Assembly (NCBI GenBank): GCA_963785725.1
Contig: CAWAWS010000047.1
Location: 96,001-160,000, forward strand
Source of the DNA: an uncultured delta proteobacterium
GTDB lineage: Bacteria > Myxococcota_A > Polyangia > Palsa-1104
Length of the DNA stretch: 64,000 bases
Direction: 5' to 3'
Part shown: positions 62,133 to 64,000 of the stretch, in pieces
How the letters are laid out: each line of letters starts with the position of its first letter
How positions within the stretch are numbered: position 1 is the stretch's first letter
The notes under the pieces: generated by a model
Database searches by the model: none
What the model was told of the DNA's origin: nothing
Seen by the model: only the letters and a program-made list of their open reading frames with translations
Translations under genes and position numbers: made by a program

Positions 62133-64000
62133 AGTCGCGCCAAGAAGTCGTACAACACGAGCTCTTGCGCGCGGGCCGCGCCGCGGAGCATGCGGTTGGC
62201 GTGCATGTGCAAGAGGCTGCCGGCAAGGTCGGCGAGCGCGACGGTGAGGCGGCCGGCGGCGGCGAGCGCGCGCAGCTCGGCGGCGACGGGCGCGATGCGC
62301 GTCGAGCGCTCGGCGAAGACGGCGCAGCCGGGCTCGAAGTCGCTCATCTCATCTTGCGCGCGGTCGAGCAGCGCCTCCAGCGCCTTGCGCTCGGTGCGAA
62401 AGCGATCGCCGAGCTGCTTCTCGAAGCGGGTGTCGGCGTGGTGCTCGCGGCCGAAGCCGTCGCGCAGCTGCCGCGCCAACGCCTGCTGCTCGACGAGCGT
62501 GAGCCCGAGATCGACGAGCAGCTGGTCCATTCCGCGCAACGTCAGGCGCCAGCGGCCGTCGGCGCCGGCATCGCCGGCGAGCATGTCGAGGATGGCGACG
62601 GCGGCATCGGAGTCGGCGGCGAAGAGCCGCTCGCATAACGCCATGCCCTCGGCGCCGCCGTAGCGCTCGACCTCGCGTTCGTAGGTGTCGAGCTGCAGCT
62701 TCCAGGCGTGGCCGTCGGCGAGCGCCGCGCCGGCCGCCGCCTCGACGCGCGGACGCAGCGCGCTCAGCTGCGCGGCGCTGCCGAAGAAGCGCAGCCGCAA
62801 GTGAAAGTCGGGATCGTTGTAGCGGATGAAGAACCAGCGGTCGCACGAGCCCTCCGCGCGCGCCGTGGCGACGAGCGGCGCGACGTGCTGGCGCAAGATG
62901 AGGTCGGCCGAGCCCGGTCCGCAGTAGAGCTTGGCGTAGAGGCAGTCGGAGCCGGGCGGCCGGCTGCGCGCGATCGCGACTGCGCCCGCGTCGATCGGCC
63001 GCGCCGGCAGCGACGGCGCCGTCGGCGGCGGACCGAGCAGCGGCACCAGCAGCTCGTGCATGAACGCGCCTTCGGGGCCGCGCGCCAAGAGCGACTCGGG
63101 TGCGAACAGCTCGGTCAAGACGAGGTCGTTGCGCTCTTTGACCAGCTGCACGAAGGTCTCGACGTAGAGCGTGTTGTCGAGATCGATCGGCAGCACGTTG
63201 TCGGCGTCGACGACGGCGACGAAGCGCGGCAGCCGCAGCTCGCGGCGCAGCGCTTGGGTGCGCAGGAAGCGATCGCTGGCGCTCGGCACGTCGAGCTGCG
63301 CGAGCGCCGCGCGATCGAGCCGCCAGCGCGCCAGCGACAGGACGACGCGACCGAGGCGCACGCGCGGCAAGTAGCCGGCGAGGGCGAGCGCGCCCCAATC
63401 GAAGCTGGCCGAGCCGCCGCCTTGGTATTGCAGCGCGCACAAGAAGCGATAGACGCCCAAGTTACGCGGGGCGCTGAAGTTGTGCGCGCTCGTCAGACGC
63501 GGAATGATCTCGCGGCCGAGACGACGCGAACGCAAGACGACGCGGCCGTTGACGACCGAGACCAAGAGGTCGTCGAGGTCGAGCTGCGCGTCGGCGGGCG
63601 CGCCCGAGCGGCCGAGATAGGCGATCTCGTGCGCGCGCAACAGCGGCCGCATGAGGATGTTGCCGATGCGCCCTTCGGGCAGGTGCACGATCTCGGCGAA
63701 GATGGCGTCGGGGCGCTGCGCCTCTTCGGCGCGCAAGAGCTCGCGCACCAGCGCCGTCAGCTGCTCGTCGCCGTAGCAGAAGCGGCCGAGCAGGTTCGCG
63801 CCCGATGGGCCGCTGGCGGAGTGCAGCCACAGCTGGAAGTCGCCGCGCGTGACGGCGTCGGCGTCTTGGGCGGCCAGCGTCACCAGCGCCGCCAGGCTGC
63901 CCGACAGCGGCACCGGCTCCTTCGGCGCCAACGTCTCCAGCTCTTTTTCGTCGAGCACGAGCTCGTCGGCGCCGCTGCGCAAGGTCGCGGTCAGACAGCG
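62099..64000 (-). CDS. Lantibiotic dehydratase (LanB type), 5' end outside the window
   Basis: GPSGANLLGRF, RIGNILMRP, PRLTSAHN, LPR...LARW, DNVL, then elimination domain YAKLY...WFFIRYNDP..HLRLRF...YEREVERYGG...HMHANR. Confidence 0.92.
   Translation of the reverse strand, partial: RCLTATLRSGADELVLDEKELETLAPKEPVPLSGSLAALVTLAAQDADAVTRGDFQLWLHSASGPSGANLLGRFCYGDEQLTALVRELLRAEEAQRPDAIFAEIVHLPEGRIGNILMRPLLRAHEIAYLGRSGAPADAQLDLDDLLVSVVNGRVVLRSRRLGREIIPRLTSAHNFSAPRNLGVYRFLCALQYQGGGSASFDWGALALAGYLPRVRLGRVVLSLARWRLDRAALAQLDVPSASDRFLRTQALRRELRLPRFVAVVDADNVLPIDLDNTLYVETFVQLVKERNDLVLTELFAPESLLARGPEGAFMHELLVPLLGPPPTAPSLPARPIDAGAVAIARSRPPGSDCLYAKLYCGPGSADLILRQHVAPLVATARAEGSCDRWFFIRYNDPDFHLRLRFFGSAAQLSALRPRVEAAAGAALADGHAWKLQLDTYEREVERYGGAEGMALCERLFAADSDAAVAILDMLAGDAGADGRWRLTLRGMDQLLVDLGLTLVEQQALARQLRDGFGREHHADTRFEKQLGDRFRTERKALEALLDRAQDEMSDFEPGCAVFAERSTRIAPVAAELRALAAAGRLTVALADLAGSLLHMHANRMLRGAARAQELVLYDFLARLYDGRVARQRR

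Overview
High-GC bacterial chromosome segment, most likely Myxococcota (inferred from the FHA-sigma54 activator, AgmX/PglI-type C-terminal domains, Hanks kinase, PilZ proteins and parC-parE arrangement; not confirmed by search). Roughly 1-45 kb is mostly housekeeping and envelope genes: nadK, rplM-rpsI-argC, groES-groEL with a perfect CIRCE, dNK-panB-panC, aroF, a topoisomerase IV-like pair, dCMP deaminase, cysE and two sigma54 activators. Roughly 45-64 kb looks more accessory: LMF, family-5 UDG, amidohydrolase, an alternative RpoD-like sigma, a cytochrome c-like lipoprotein, two-component genes, a Rieske protein, a GT-C protein and the 3' part of a LanB dehydratase. I saw no rRNA, tRNA, CRISPR array or transposase. 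The strongest signals not covered by the ORF track are regulatory: about a dozen genes with a TANNNT box 6-8 nt before the start codon (leaderless architecture), six good sigma54 -24/-12 promoters in front of small exported or envelope genes, and a shared palindromic motif upstream of two genes 27 kb apart. There are also two apparent +1 frameshifts (anti-sigma, UDG) and several degenerate or rearranged enzyme folds. I cannot show from sequence alone that any of these is a new system; the best candidates are ranked in the findings. All family calls come from motif recognition by eye.
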